A DNA stretch of 64,000 nt. Source: Candidatus Nomurabacteria bacterium RIFCSPHIGHO2_12_FULL_42_19 (GTDB lineage Bacteria; Patescibacteriota; Minisyncoccia; Phycocordibacterales; UBA9973). Location: contig MFUM01000009.1 in the NCBI GenBank assembly GCA_001786955.1, forward strand, positions 552 through 64,551. The letters run 5' to 3'. The notes under the pieces were generated by a model, which was not told where the DNA came from, did no database searches, and saw only the letters and a program-made list of their open reading frames with translations. A program made the position numbers and the translations under genes. Below, piece by piece: positions 37,290 to 47,346 of the stretch (positions are counted from its first letter, which is position 1; the number at the start of each line of letters is the position of its first letter).

Positions 37290-39353
37290 TTATTGTTTAG
37301 CTTTATCGGGTGCGGGTGCGGGTGTAGAATTTTTTAAGGAATCAACATATTGTATTAAATTTTTATCGGCAGGAGCAAGAGACAGGGCAGCCTGCGCATA
37401 AGAAAGCGCTCCGCTGTTATTGCCTTCGCTTTTTGCTATCTGGGAAAGAGTAATCAGAGCATCAATGTAATCTTGTTTAAGGGAAAGAGCTTCTTTTGCA
37501 TAATCTTTAGCCTCTTTAACTTTTCCATCAACAAATGACGCGCCTGCCATAGCAAGCTTGAGGCCCGGATTTAACGGATTTAAGCTGGAAGCGGCCCGGT
37601 AAGCTTCAACGGCTTTGCTATAGGCATCTTTGACCCCCAGCGACCCGACTGACTGATACACGGAGCCAAGCAACTGAAAATTCAGATAATTTGAAGGATC
37701 GTAAGCTGCCGCCAATTGCGCGCTATTTACAACTTGGTCGAAACTTGCCTGTAAATCCGCCTTATCTGTGTCGGACAATTCCGATTTTTTGTTGGCTATA
37801 GTATTTAATTTCACAAGATATATCTGCGAATAAGTGCGCAAATACAAATCATTCGAGTATAAGGAAAGGGCTTTGCCGATAAAATCTTCCGCCGCTGTTT
37901 CCGTTGACGCAAAAACCGCCTTTCCAAAATATGAAATGGAGGCAAAGCGCTCTATATATCTGAATGAAGCGGCGATAGAAAAAATTATCACAAGAATAAG
38001 GGCAAGTATGGAGAAAAAACTTTTTCTATGGTCGTTTAAAAATGACATTGATATTTCTTTATCCGAATTAGAAGCAGCCAGCCCGATGAATACCCCGGTA
38101 AAAGCAAGCGACAATAAAAATATTACCGCTCCCGTGGAATAAAAGAATGAAGAAATAAATAAATAAAGAGACAGCACGAAGAATGCCATCATTTCCCAAT
38201 TTATTCCATTTTTAATGCTGGAAAATACCGATTTTACGCCGATAGCCAAAAATAGGACGAAAAAAACAAGCCAGGCAAGAATGCCAAGATAGCCGGTAGT
38301 AGCGGTCAGGGTAGGCAATGATCCGGAGCCTGAACTAAAAGAAACATCCCAAAACTGGGTATTGTTTATAGCAGCGGGCTTATACATTGACCATGCTTCT
38401 GTAAACCTGTTCGGGCCAATGCCAAAAACAGGATCTTTGGCAAGCACTCCCTTGGTTATTGACATGGTGGCTCCAAAAGAAGGACTGACTTCAGTATTTG
38501 ATATCTGCAAGCGGTTCGGAATGAAGCCCCCGACAAAACCCGCCGACATAAAAAATAATAAAGATATCATCACGACAATAAAGGAAACCATGGGAAAAGG
38601 CTTTTTTTCTTCTTCATTTTCATTTCTTTGGAAAGTAATTGAAACTTTATAAACAAAAATTATAAGGCTGGAAATTCCAAGAAGCAGCCAAACCAGCGGG
38701 AAGTTTACGGAAGCCGCCAACAGTATTGAAAGTAAAATGAATATTTCCAATAAGACTTTTTCCATTTTAGAAATTGGAAAAAATTCAATCACCAAAAGAA
38801 ACATCAGCCCGGAAAATCCGGCAAAAAGCCCCAGCGCGTTCCAGGACCCTAAAACATTGCCAGTTTTGCCTGCCAAGATTCCCAACGACAAAATCGTAGG
38901 CATGAACAAATGGGCGCTTTGGAAAATTAAAACAAAAGCTGAAGATAATATCATTCCAAGCAAGACTATCTTTGCCCGTTTGGGAGTTCTAAAAATAATA
39001 GAAGAAAAGAGCATTAAAACAAAAGCCGAAAGGATAAACCAGAAAGACCCGATATCAAACATGGTGCCAAACAAAGACACTTGCGATGTTCCTGAAAAAA
39101 GAGCTGAAAGCAGGAATACCAAGGTTATGCCAAATCCCGATACTAATAACCAGGATCTTGGAAAAACTATCCGTCCATCTGAAAATCGGGCTATTGCCCA
39201 AAAAACCACGGAAACCGCAAGTCCCAAAACCAAAAGCAGACCTTTTGAAGTTTCAACCGGAATATTGGTAAAAGGTAAACAGAAAATCGGCAACAATACC
39301 ACAACCAAGAATAGTGATAAAAATGAGAGCCTGTCAAATATATTTGAATGCAT
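37290..39353 (-). CDS. polytopic membrane protein (O-antigen-ligase-like) with C-terminal TPR repeats
   Basis: about 12 TM, PVFGIGP..F..AW, TPR-like AL.L.P segments. Confidence 0.7.
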   Translation of the reverse strand: MHSNIFDRLSFLSLFLVVVLLPIFCLPFTNIPVETSKGLLLVLGLAVSVVFWAIARFSDGRIVFPRSWLLVSGFGITLVFLLSALFSGTSQVSLFGTMFDIGSFWFILSAFVLMLFSSIIFRTPKRAKIVLLGMILSSAFVLIFQSAHLFMPTILSLGILAGKTGNVLGSWNALGLFAGFSGLMFLLVIEFFPISKMEKVLLEIFILLSILLAASVNFPLVWLLLGISSLIIFVYKVSITFQRNENEEEKKPFPMVSFIVVMISLLFFMSAGFVGGFIPNRLQISNTEVSPSFGATMSITKGVLAKDPVFGIGPNRFTEAWSMYKPAAINNTQFWDVSFSSGSGSLPTLTATTGYLGILAWLVFFVLFLAIGVKSVFSSIKNGINWEMMAFFVLSLYLFISSFFYSTGAVIFLLSLAFTGVFIGLAASNSDKEISMSFLNDHRKSFFSILALILVIIFSIAASFRYIERFASISYFGKAVFASTETAAEDFIGKALSLYSNDLYLRTYSQIYLVKLNTIANKKSELSDTDKADLQASFDQVVNSAQLAAAYDPSNYLNFQLLGSVYQSVGSLGVKDAYSKAVEAYRAASSLNPLNPGLKLAMAGASFVDGKVKEAKDYAKEALSLKQDYIDALITLSQIAKSEGNNSGALSYAQAALSLAPADKNLIQYVDSLKNSTPAPAPDKAKQ

Positions 39354-39439
39354 AAGCTTTTTTAAAAAAACTAATAAAAATAACGACTATGTTTGATGCT
39401 TAATTATATATAATATAATGCCAAAAGACAAACGCTATA

Positions 39440-42415
39440 CTAAACAACTATGTTGATAAGTTTGTCCTTCACATAAACCACCTTTTTTACGTGTTTCCCG
39501 GCTATTTGTTTCAAAATAGCTTCATTCTCAAGGGTTTTTTTCTTCACTATTTCTTCATTATCATCGGTTTGTATTATAATTTCGGTTCTGACTTTACCAT
39601 TTACTTGCACCACAATTTTTATTTCTTCGTCTTCTATCAAATCAGGAGACCACTCCGGCCAGCTGGAAAGATAAATAGTGTTTTTTTCGCCAAGCATATT
39701 CCACAACTCTTCCGCCACATGCGGCGCAAATGGCGCAAGAATTTGCAGAAATTTCTTGTAATCTTTCAAATCTAAAGTCGGACTTTTTTGAAGATCTAGA
39801 GCAAAGGCAGATTCCATCTTCGTCGCTAAAATCATCATACTGGAAATTGCAGTATTGAAATGCATCTCTTCAATGTCTTCTGAGACTTTTTTGATGGTTT
39901 TATGAAGAATTTTTTTTAATGAAAGAAAATCGGAAGAATTTTGAATGGTCTGGTTGAGACCGCTCTTATTTTGAACACTAGCGCGGGCGACCCGAGGACC
40001 TGAAAAATTTTTCTGATTTTCTGAAATTTTAATACCTAGTCTCCAAACCTTTTCAATAAACCTCCTGGCTCCGATAATGCTTTCTGTCGACCAGGCGACT
40101 GACTGGCTAAATGGCCCCATAAACATTTCATAGACCCGTAGCGTATCCGCGCCGTATGTTTTTACAATTTCGTCCGGATTAATCACATTCCCCAAGCTTT
40201 TGGACATCTTTACTCCCCCTTCACCCAAAATCATGCCATGCGAAGTGCGTTTTTTGTACGGCTCGGTCGTGGGCACTAATCCCAAGTCAAACAAGAATTT
40301 ATGCCAAAAACGTGAATATAAAAGATGGAGTGTTGTGTGTTCATTGCCCCCGTTATACCAATCCACCGGTGTCCAATATTTTAAATTTTTCTTGCTCGCA
40401 AATTCTTTATTGTTTTTCGAATCAGCATAACGAAGATAGTACCAGCTAGAACCTGCCCAGTTCGGCATCGTATCGGTTTCTCTTTTGGCTTTGCCTTTGC
40501 ATTTCGGACATTGGACATTAACCCATTTTGCAATATTGGCAAGCGGTGATTCTCCGCTCTCCGTTGGCTGATAATTTTTTACTTTTGGAAGCTTTACCGG
40601 TAAGTCCTTCTCCGGCACCGGAACCATTCCACAATCTTCACAATGAATTACCGGTATTGGCTCACCCCAGTATCGTTGCCTGGAAAAAACCCAATCGCGA
40701 AGCTTGAAAGTGGTTTTTTCTTTCCCCCCGACAAACTTTATGATTTCCTTTTTTGCTTTTTCAGAATCCATTCTGTCAAATTTACCAGAATTTACGAGCA
40801 ATCCTGACCCTACATATGCAATTTCTTTTATTTTGCCTAGAAAACCATTCCAAATTGAATCCCGTTCCGAAAGACTTAAAAAATCATATACTTCGTTTTT
40901 CTTCTTCCATAAAACATTGTGCTTTGCATTCTCCTCTGGAGAAATAGGTATCTGTTCCCCGTTTTGAAGTTCAAAATATAGATAACGAAACCGAGCGAGT
41001 ACGTTTGTTTTTTTCATCTGATGATAAAAATTAACAAACGAGAAACCGCCAACTTGTCGAATAAATTTTGTATTTGTGTACCCTGATTCTTCCCGAATTT
41101 CTCGTTTCCCTGTTTCAATAAAATCTTCCCCTTTTTCAATTCCGCCAGAAACCATTGAGCGAACGTCAATATGATTTTTCCATTGGATGCACAGATATTC
41201 ATCCTTATCCCAGTGTTTAACAATGCACATCACAGCATCACGGTCTACATACGGCATATCGTTGCGAACTATCTGTCCAGGTATAGGACTTTTAGAGACA
41301 GGCGCAACTACTTGGCGAATCGGCAAATCGTATTTTTTCGCAAATTCAAAATCTCTTTCGTCGTGCGCCGGCACAGCCATAATCGCTCCTGTGCCGTAAG
41401 ATGCAAGCACATAATCCGCTACCCAAACAGGAATCTCCTCCTTAGTCGCCGGGTTAACTGCTTTTACTCCCTTTAATTCAATACCTGTTTTTATTTTATC
41501 GGGAGCTGTCCTTTCGATTTCCGTCTTTTTTTTATTTGCTCCGATATATTGCAACACTTCGGCCCAATTTGAAATTCTAGATTTAACTTTGGAAATCAGT
41601 GTATGTTCAGGAGAAAGCACTAAATAAGTTGCTCCGAAGATAGTATCTGGACGAGTGGTAAAAACCTTAATTTTTTCAAGATTTGGTATATTTTCTTTCG
41701 CGCACGGGCAAAAACTGAATTCTATTTCCGCCCCCTCGCTCTTTCCTATCCAATTCCTCTGCGCGAGCTTTATTTGCGGCAGATAGTCTACGTCGTCTAA
41801 ATCTTTATCCAGCCTCTCGGCATATTTTGTAATCGCGAGCATCCATTGTTCTTTTTCCCTTTTCACGACCGGCGTCCCGCAGCGTTCGCAGTTTCCGCCG
41901 ACTACTTCTTCATTCGCCAGGCCAATTTTGCATGATGGACACCAATTAATAGCCATCTTGGCTTTATACGCCAGGCCTTTTTTAAAAAACTGCAAAAATA
42001 TCCATTGCGTCCATTTATAATATTTGGGGTCAGTGGTATTCACTTCCCGAGACCAATCAAAGGAGATACCAAGCGATTTTATTTGCTGGCGGAAATTATC
42101 GCTATTTTTTTTTGTGACAAAATGCGGGTCCTTGCCTGTTTTTATTGCGTAATTTTCCGTCGGTAAACCAAATGCATCCCAGCCGATTGGATAAAGCACA
42201 TTATAACCCTCCAATCTCCTTTTTCTAGATATTATATCCATGCCGATATACGGCCGCGGATGCCCGACGTGCAGCCCGTCGCCCGAAGGATACGGAAATT
42301 CAATCAGACTGTAATATTTAGGTTTCTTAGAAAAATCTTCGGCATGATAAATTCCGATCTTTTCCCATTCTCTCTGCCATTTTGTTTCCAGTTTTTTATG
42401 GTCGTATTCTTTCAT
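39440..42415 (-). CDS. leuS: leucine--tRNA ligase with inserted NUDIX domain
   Basis: FPYPSG.GLHVGH, QRNWIGKSEG, DWVFSRQRYWGEP, KMSKS; start moved to MKEYD. Confidence 0.96.
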   Translation of the reverse strand: MKEYDHKKLETKWQREWEKIGIYHAEDFSKKPKYYSLIEFPYPSGDGLHVGHPRPYIGMDIISRKRRLEGYNVLYPIGWDAFGLPTENYAIKTGKDPHFVTKKNSDNFRQQIKSLGISFDWSREVNTTDPKYYKWTQWIFLQFFKKGLAYKAKMAINWCPSCKIGLANEEVVGGNCERCGTPVVKREKEQWMLAITKYAERLDKDLDDVDYLPQIKLAQRNWIGKSEGAEIEFSFCPCAKENIPNLEKIKVFTTRPDTIFGATYLVLSPEHTLISKVKSRISNWAEVLQYIGANKKKTEIERTAPDKIKTGIELKGVKAVNPATKEEIPVWVADYVLASYGTGAIMAVPAHDERDFEFAKKYDLPIRQVVAPVSKSPIPGQIVRNDMPYVDRDAVMCIVKHWDKDEYLCIQWKNHIDVRSMVSGGIEKGEDFIETGKREIREESGYTNTKFIRQVGGFSFVNFYHQMKKTNVLARFRYLYFELQNGEQIPISPEENAKHNVLWKKKNEVYDFLSLSERDSIWNGFLGKIKEIAYVGSGLLVNSGKFDRMDSEKAKKEIIKFVGGKEKTTFKLRDWVFSRQRYWGEPIPVIHCEDCGMVPVPEKDLPVKLPKVKNYQPTESGESPLANIAKWVNVQCPKCKGKAKRETDTMPNWAGSSWYYLRYADSKNNKEFASKKNLKYWTPVDWYNGGNEHTTLHLLYSRFWHKFLFDLGLVPTTEPYKKRTSHGMILGEGGVKMSKSLGNVINPDEIVKTYGADTLRVYEMFMGPFSQSVAWSTESIIGARRFIEKVWRLGIKISENQKNFSGPRVARASVQNKSGLNQTIQNSSDFLSLKKILHKTIKKVSEDIEEMHFNTAISSMMILATKMESAFALDLQKSPTLDLKDYKKFLQILAPFAPHVAEELWNMLGEKNTIYLSSWPEWSPDLIEDEEIKIVVQVNGKVRTEIIIQTDDNEEIVKKKTLENEAILKQIAGKHVKKVVYVKDKLINIVV
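39924..40022. repeat. long-IR element in frame in leuS
   Basis: agaaaatcggaagaatttt / aaaatttttctgattttct; inner tggtctgg...ccgaggacc as in 28926-29005. Confidence 0.8.
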
Positions 42416-42482
42416 GGTGGATTTATAATACACAAAAAACCGCCTTTTTGCAAAAGCTGTTTTTTGTTATTTTTTGAATCAA

Positions 42483-43457
42483 TTAGGCTTTAATATATTT
42501 CTTATTGATTGTAATTGACACATATCCAAGACCGATAAATATAAAGCCGAGAAGAATAAGAGCTACTGGCCAGCCGACTGAATCTGCAAAATATTCACTT
42601 GTGATATAAGAAACATGCGCAATAAGGAAAAGAGTGCTAACCACCAATACAGCGCGACTCTTTATGTAAGCTGACAAGAAAAGGCCTCCAATCACGATAA
42701 TAAAATAGAGCATTTGCCATGGCACTGAACCGAAAACCTGTGAGAACGCAGCCCCAAGAAAGCCGGCGATGCCAAAGAAATACAAAACTTCCACCAATTT
42801 ATCATTCCATCCGCCTCGAAAAGAATATGCAAGCAAAAGATAACTGGCTCCCACTACCATCGTCAAATATGCGTATAAATCCCCGTGCATATAGAATGAA
42901 CCGTCAGTAATCGATTCAACGACAAGATAAATGAAAGCCGTGCCGTTTGCTATCGTAAAAAAAGTCAGAATAGCACTTTTATGGATAGAATTTATTAATA
43001 AATAAAAGACAAAAATAGCCCCGAAGGTTAGAGCAACGGGCCACAAAGAAACAAAGTCCAAACCGAGCTCCGAAAGAGTTACCATCGCTCCCCCGGGAAC
43101 GAGTAAACCTCCCATGAAATGGAAAACCGACCCAATATGATCCTCCGGCTTTTGTTTAAGTAAGAATGACCCGATAGCGGTAAGAAGAAAACCGAGGCCC
43201 AATGTAACTGATATGCGTCCAAGAGACCCTATATCATTCCAAATCTGAAAAACAAAAATAATAATCCCGATAACCACAATAGCCGCGCCTAAAACATACA
43301 ACATCTTGGTCACAGAAAAATGCGTCTCCCCTTTAGCATCTGCCACCCTCTTTTGCGCTCCCGGAGGAAAATTTAGCTGACTTAGAACGTACTCACGGCT
43401 TATCTCACCCGTGGCTACTTTAGCCAAAAGTTCCTTTATTAATTCTTCTTTATTCAT
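42483..43457 (-). CDS. DUF2157-like membrane protein
   Basis: LYVLGAAIVVIGII...W..I....R pattern; about 10 TM. Confidence 0.65.
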   Translation of the reverse strand: MNKEELIKELLAKVATGEISREYVLSQLNFPPGAQKRVADAKGETHFSVTKMLYVLGAAIVVIGIIIFVFQIWNDIGSLGRISVTLGLGFLLTAIGSFLLKQKPEDHIGSVFHFMGGLLVPGGAMVTLSELGLDFVSLWPVALTFGAIFVFYLLINSIHKSAILTFFTIANGTAFIYLVVESITDGSFYMHGDLYAYLTMVVGASYLLLAYSFRGGWNDKLVEVLYFFGIAGFLGAAFSQVFGSVPWQMLYFIIVIGGLFLSAYIKSRAVLVVSTLFLIAHVSYITSEYFADSVGWPVALILLGFIFIGLGYVSITINKKYIKA

Positions 43458-43489
43458 AAAATTTAATAGCTAATAATAATTAATTCCGC

Positions 43490-44080
43490 TTAATTTCTCC
43501 CGGGCAATACCCATCCTATAAATTGAAAATTATTTTGGTAATAATATCGATCACTGCTATTTATAAGATTCAGTTTGCTTTTACTTCTTCCTTTCATAAG
43601 ATAATAACCATATGAGGAAGAATTCCCCCCGAAAGGAAAGAAGAAATCACCTCCATTGTTGTAGTTGCTGGAAACTGTAACGCTGTCAGGCGATGTTAAA
43701 AGACTGTTCAGCATCAATGCTTCTGCTTCCGCAAGAGTTATTTCTCTACTCTCATTCTTCTTGGTGTCGTGCAAGAAGATACGAGCGGCATAGTTTTCTT
43801 TAATATCCGGTATCTTGTCTTTATCTGAATCTTGAACCGGATCAACGGTATTGACAGTAAATTTATTATTTACAACTGAATAGCGTTTCTGTAGATAGTT
43901 ATCACAATTGTATGAATAGTAGTAGTTTGTACCGTCAGTACATGATGTATAAACAAAATTATAATCAGTAGAAAGAAAAAGTGACGGAAGATAAGTACTC
44001 AAGGCAACAACAATTATTAATACTATCGGCAGTATAAAAGCAAACAATATGGCAAAATTTCTCTTTATAAATTCTTTCAT
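43490..44080 (-). CDS. hypothetical membrane-anchored protein
   Basis: N-terminal TM, C-terminal FIGWV; start moved to MKEFIK. Confidence 0.7.
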   Translation of the reverse strand: MKEFIKRNFAILFAFILPIVLIIVVALSTYLPSLFLSTDYNFVYTSCTDGTNYYYSYNCDNYLQKRYSVVNNKFTVNTVDPVQDSDKDKIPDIKENYAARIFLHDTKKNESREITLAEAEALMLNSLLTSPDSVTVSSNYNNGGDFFFPFGGNSSSYGYYLMKGRSKSKLNLINSSDRYYYQNNFQFIGWVLPGRN

Positions 44081-44087
44081 ACTGATA

Positions 44088-45077
44088 TTATACACTCCAA
44101 ACAGCCGTATTGGCAAGGGGAATTATACGCTTATTTGATTTTTCCAGAACGCAAAGCTCGCCGGCTTCAACGCTACCTCCGAAATTCTTCATAGTATCTT
44201 CTAGTGCATAACAGAGAGCAAGAGAAGAAGAGTCAATCGCATAAGAAGTCAGAATAACAAAAAGTGGTTTATCGCTTAAAACTTTTTTCACTTGAGAAAG
44301 AAGCTTCGGCAACATTTCTTCTATTTTCCAAATCTCTCCTTTGGGTCCGCGGCCAAACTTCGGCGGATCCATAATGACAGCGTCGTATTTATTGCCTCTT
44401 TTCTCTTCTCTTTCTAAGAATTTAATGGCATCATCTTCTATCACTCGCATCGATGCTTCGGCTAGCCCAGTATTCAATTTTTGATTTTCTTTGGCCCAAT
44501 TTAAAACTTGCTTGGAAGCGTCCAAATGTGTTACCTCCGCTCCGGCCCGGAGCGCAAACAGGCTCGCCACTCCGGTATAACCGAAAAGATTTAGAAACTT
44601 AAGCCTTGAAGCAGAGGAAAATTTCTTTGTCGCGTAAGTCCCACCCGGTACTCCGGGAAGGGTAAAGCGCGAAGAAATTTTCTTCTGCGAAATGGCTGAA
44701 CTAATTTTCTTCTCAATAAAATCCCAATGCGCCGCCTGCTCCGGGAAAAATCCCAAATGCCGGAAAGGCGTGGGCGAAGCAAAAAATTTAATTCCTCTGT
44801 ATTCCATTTCCCACTTTTTGTCAAAGTCCGCCTTTGACATTTTCCAACCCGCTTTCGCACCTACTTTGGAACTCCAAAATTTACCATCCGATTTTTGCCA
44901 TTCATTTTTTAGCGTCTTTGGCCAAACCGCTTCTTCATAAGGCCGCACAAAAGTGTATGGACCGAATCTTTCCAGCTTCTCTCCTCCGCCCGTATCCAAA
45001 AGCTCGTAATCGGTTTTACCCGCCATAGCACCAGCGGAGGAGGGCCAATTTTCTGAATAAAAAATTTTGATTTCCAT
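44088..45077 (-). CDS. SAM-dependent methyltransferase (RlmI/RlmK-like)
   Basis: DYELLDTG.GEKLERFG, FRHLGFFPEQ, FLNLFGYTG, MDPPKFGRG. Confidence 0.9.
   Translation of the reverse strand: MEIKIFYSENWPSSAGAMAGKTDYELLDTGGGEKLERFGPYTFVRPYEEAVWPKTLKNEWQKSDGKFWSSKVGAKAGWKMSKADFDKKWEMEYRGIKFFASPTPFRHLGFFPEQAAHWDFIEKKISSAISQKKISSRFTLPGVPGGTYATKKFSSASRLKFLNLFGYTGVASLFALRAGAEVTHLDASKQVLNWAKENQKLNTGLAEASMRVIEDDAIKFLEREEKRGNKYDAVIMDPPKFGRGPKGEIWKIEEMLPKLLSQVKKVLSDKPLFVILTSYAIDSSSLALCYALEDTMKNFGGSVEAGELCVLEKSNKRIIPLANTAVWSV
44611..44688. repeat. long-IR element in frame in methyltransferase
   Basis: gcagaggaaaatttctt / aagaaattttcttctgc with inner cccggtactccggg hairpin; 78 bp. Confidence 0.8.
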
Positions 45078-45078
45078 A

Positions 45079-46185
45079 TTATTTTTTTACATAAACACCT
45101 TGTAAATAAGAAACAACGGGAAGAAACAAGCATATCGCTGAAACTGTTATCAGGCTCACCTTGGGAGAAGTTGTAAAATAAAAGACCAACAAGCCAATCA
45201 TAAGCGTTGCAAAATAACCTATGTTTAAAAATAATTCTCTTAAAGCCATCGTTCTTTCAATTCCGATATCTTTGTAATAATCAATATTAAAAGTAAGCCA
45301 AAAGGGACTGGCAAGCGATATAGACAAGCTGCCTATGCCGGCGAAAATGTGCCAATAATAAGAATTTTCCGCAAAACCGAGAGGTAGGAAACTTGCAACC
45401 GCCAAAACACTGAATACATAGAAAAATATTTTTCTGTCTTTCATTTTATCCGATATATGGCCATTAATTATGGAAGCAATTGCTGTCATTAAGGCCAAAT
45501 ATCCGAAAAAGTTGCCAAATTGCCTCGGAGTCTTTATAAAAAATAACGTAAATATGGGAATAAAAGAATAATTTATTCTTAACATTATCCCCTGAAAAAA
45601 AGTTGACCAGTTGAACTTATTTTCAAAAAAATAATTTCTAACGTTTATTGTATAGTCAAAAGAGGGCAAAAATCTAAGCAGCATGATTGGAACAACGTAC
45701 ATGGCGGCTCCTGTCAAAAATACGGTTTCAAAACCAAATTTTTCAGCTACGATGCCGGTAAGTGGCTGGAGGGTTATACCTAATATCGGTGTAATCAAAT
45801 AATACATTCCGCTATGGAGCCCCCGGCTGTCTTCGTGGCTGAACTTAAAATGCATTGCGTTGTAAGGAATCCAAAAAAAAATTATATTCAATCCTGAAAA
45901 AAGTCCGGATAAATAAAGTTGATAACTGCCGAATATTTTTATCAAAACAAAAGCCTGTAGAATGCTGAATAATATGCCCCCAAAAATAGAATATTTGGCA
46001 TTTATTTTTATTTTTGGGAAAAAGAATATGCCCGCCAAGGCAACAAGACAAGCAACCATGTAATAGATAAGCAATTCGGCAAAACCAAAACCATTCCTAG
46101 ATAGCCAAAATACGATTAGCGTCTGGGCAAAAAACATTGACGCCATATAGGTAAAAAAGAAAATATAAATTCGTCTTAATATCAT
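45079..46185 (-). CDS. MFS transporter
   Basis: about 12 TM, GIVAEKFG, GHISDK..DRK. Confidence 0.75.
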   Translation of the reverse strand: MILRRIYIFFFTYMASMFFAQTLIVFWLSRNGFGFAELLIYYMVACLVALAGIFFFPKIKINAKYSIFGGILFSILQAFVLIKIFGSYQLYLSGLFSGLNIIFFWIPYNAMHFKFSHEDSRGLHSGMYYLITPILGITLQPLTGIVAEKFGFETVFLTGAAMYVVPIMLLRFLPSFDYTINVRNYFFENKFNWSTFFQGIMLRINYSFIPIFTLFFIKTPRQFGNFFGYLALMTAIASIINGHISDKMKDRKIFFYVFSVLAVASFLPLGFAENSYYWHIFAGIGSLSISLASPFWLTFNIDYYKDIGIERTMALRELFLNIGYFATLMIGLLVFYFTTSPKVSLITVSAICLFLPVVSYLQGVYVKK

Positions 46186-46188
46186 AAA

Positions 46189-47007
46189 TTAAATTAAAAA
46201 CTCTATTACGTCACCGTCTTTGACTATATACTCTTTGCCTTCAGTGCGGACCCAGCCGTGCTCACGCGCCTTGGCAAAAGAACCGGCTTCCACCAGCTTG
46301 TCATAGGCCACGACCTCCGCCCGGATAAACTTATCCCGGAAATCCGTATGGATTGATTTGCCGGCAAATGGCGCGGTCGCTCCGCGGACTGTCGTCCAGG
46401 CCCTTGATTCATCTTCTCCGGTGGTAAAAAAAGTAATCAGATTGAGTAAGTCATAACTCGCTTTAATCAAGTTATCCAGACCAGTGCCGAAAATAGGGTC
46501 AACTTCTATATACGGGCCCGGAAGTTTTGAAATAAAATCCCGTTTCACATTTTCTGCAGCCTCCGATGTGTTCAATACATACAAAGTCGGCTTTTTAATC
46601 CCTGCCTGCTCCAATTCAAAATTAATAACTTCTATATCAAAAAGCGGGTCAATAGCCTCATGCACATGAATCATCGCCTTATCTTCAAAAATTCGCACCA
46701 CTTCAATAATCGCGTCCACTTCACGAATGTGGGAGAGAAATTTATTGCCAAGCCCGGCGCCGGTACTCGCGCCTTTGACCAGACCGGCGATATCTACAAA
46801 TTCTACTATCGCGGGAATAGTTTTTTTGGACTTGGAAATTGCCGAGAGTTTGGTCAGGCGCTCATCCGGCACCGGCACGATGCCGACCGACGGATCAATC
46901 GTGCAGAACGGATAATTTTCCGCCGGCACACCTTTTTTCGTCAGCGCGTTAAAAAGCGTGGACTTCCCCACGTTTGGCAGACCGACAATCCCTATACTTA
47001 ATGACAT
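46189..47007 (-). CDS. ychF: YchF ATPase (short form)
   Basis: GIVGLPNVGKSTLFNALT, NYPFCTIDP, DIAGLVKGAS.G.GLGNKFL, FIRAEV, EGKEYIVKDGD; 272 aa. Confidence 0.93.
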   Translation of the reverse strand: MSLSIGIVGLPNVGKSTLFNALTKKGVPAENYPFCTIDPSVGIVPVPDERLTKLSAISKSKKTIPAIVEFVDIAGLVKGASTGAGLGNKFLSHIREVDAIIEVVRIFEDKAMIHVHEAIDPLFDIEVINFELEQAGIKKPTLYVLNTSEAAENVKRDFISKLPGPYIEVDPIFGTGLDNLIKASYDLLNLITFFTTGEDESRAWTTVRGATAPFAGKSIHTDFRDKFIRAEVVAYDKLVEAGSFAKAREHGWVRTEGKEYIVKDGDVIEFLI

Positions 47008-47117
47008 ATAGAAAATATACCTCAACACTTATTTTTTTCCAAGCCCTAAAACCCTAAAATAAGTGTATAGATATAGCAAAAATAAGCGCCAAAAACAAAG
47101 CAGGTCCCGTACTGAGC

Positions 47118-47137
47118 CCTGCCTGTCGACAGACAGG
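47118..47137. repeat. CYTG-type palindrome, intergenic
   Basis: cctgcctgtcgacagacagg. Confidence 0.6.
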
Positions 47138-47346
47138 TTTGCTCTTATGAAGTTATCCCCATAGTCTTAATATTATAAAGAATGAAAAGTGTTATAATTG
47201 AGAGTTGGAAAGAGGAGAGGATTAACGCTCTTGCTCTAGGTTCATAAAAAGGTCGACTACACTAACCAATTCGAAGGAATTGGGATTTCGAAAAAATCCT
47301 TCAAAATTATAAACTTCTCTAATTTAATAACTAAAATAAAAAAATT

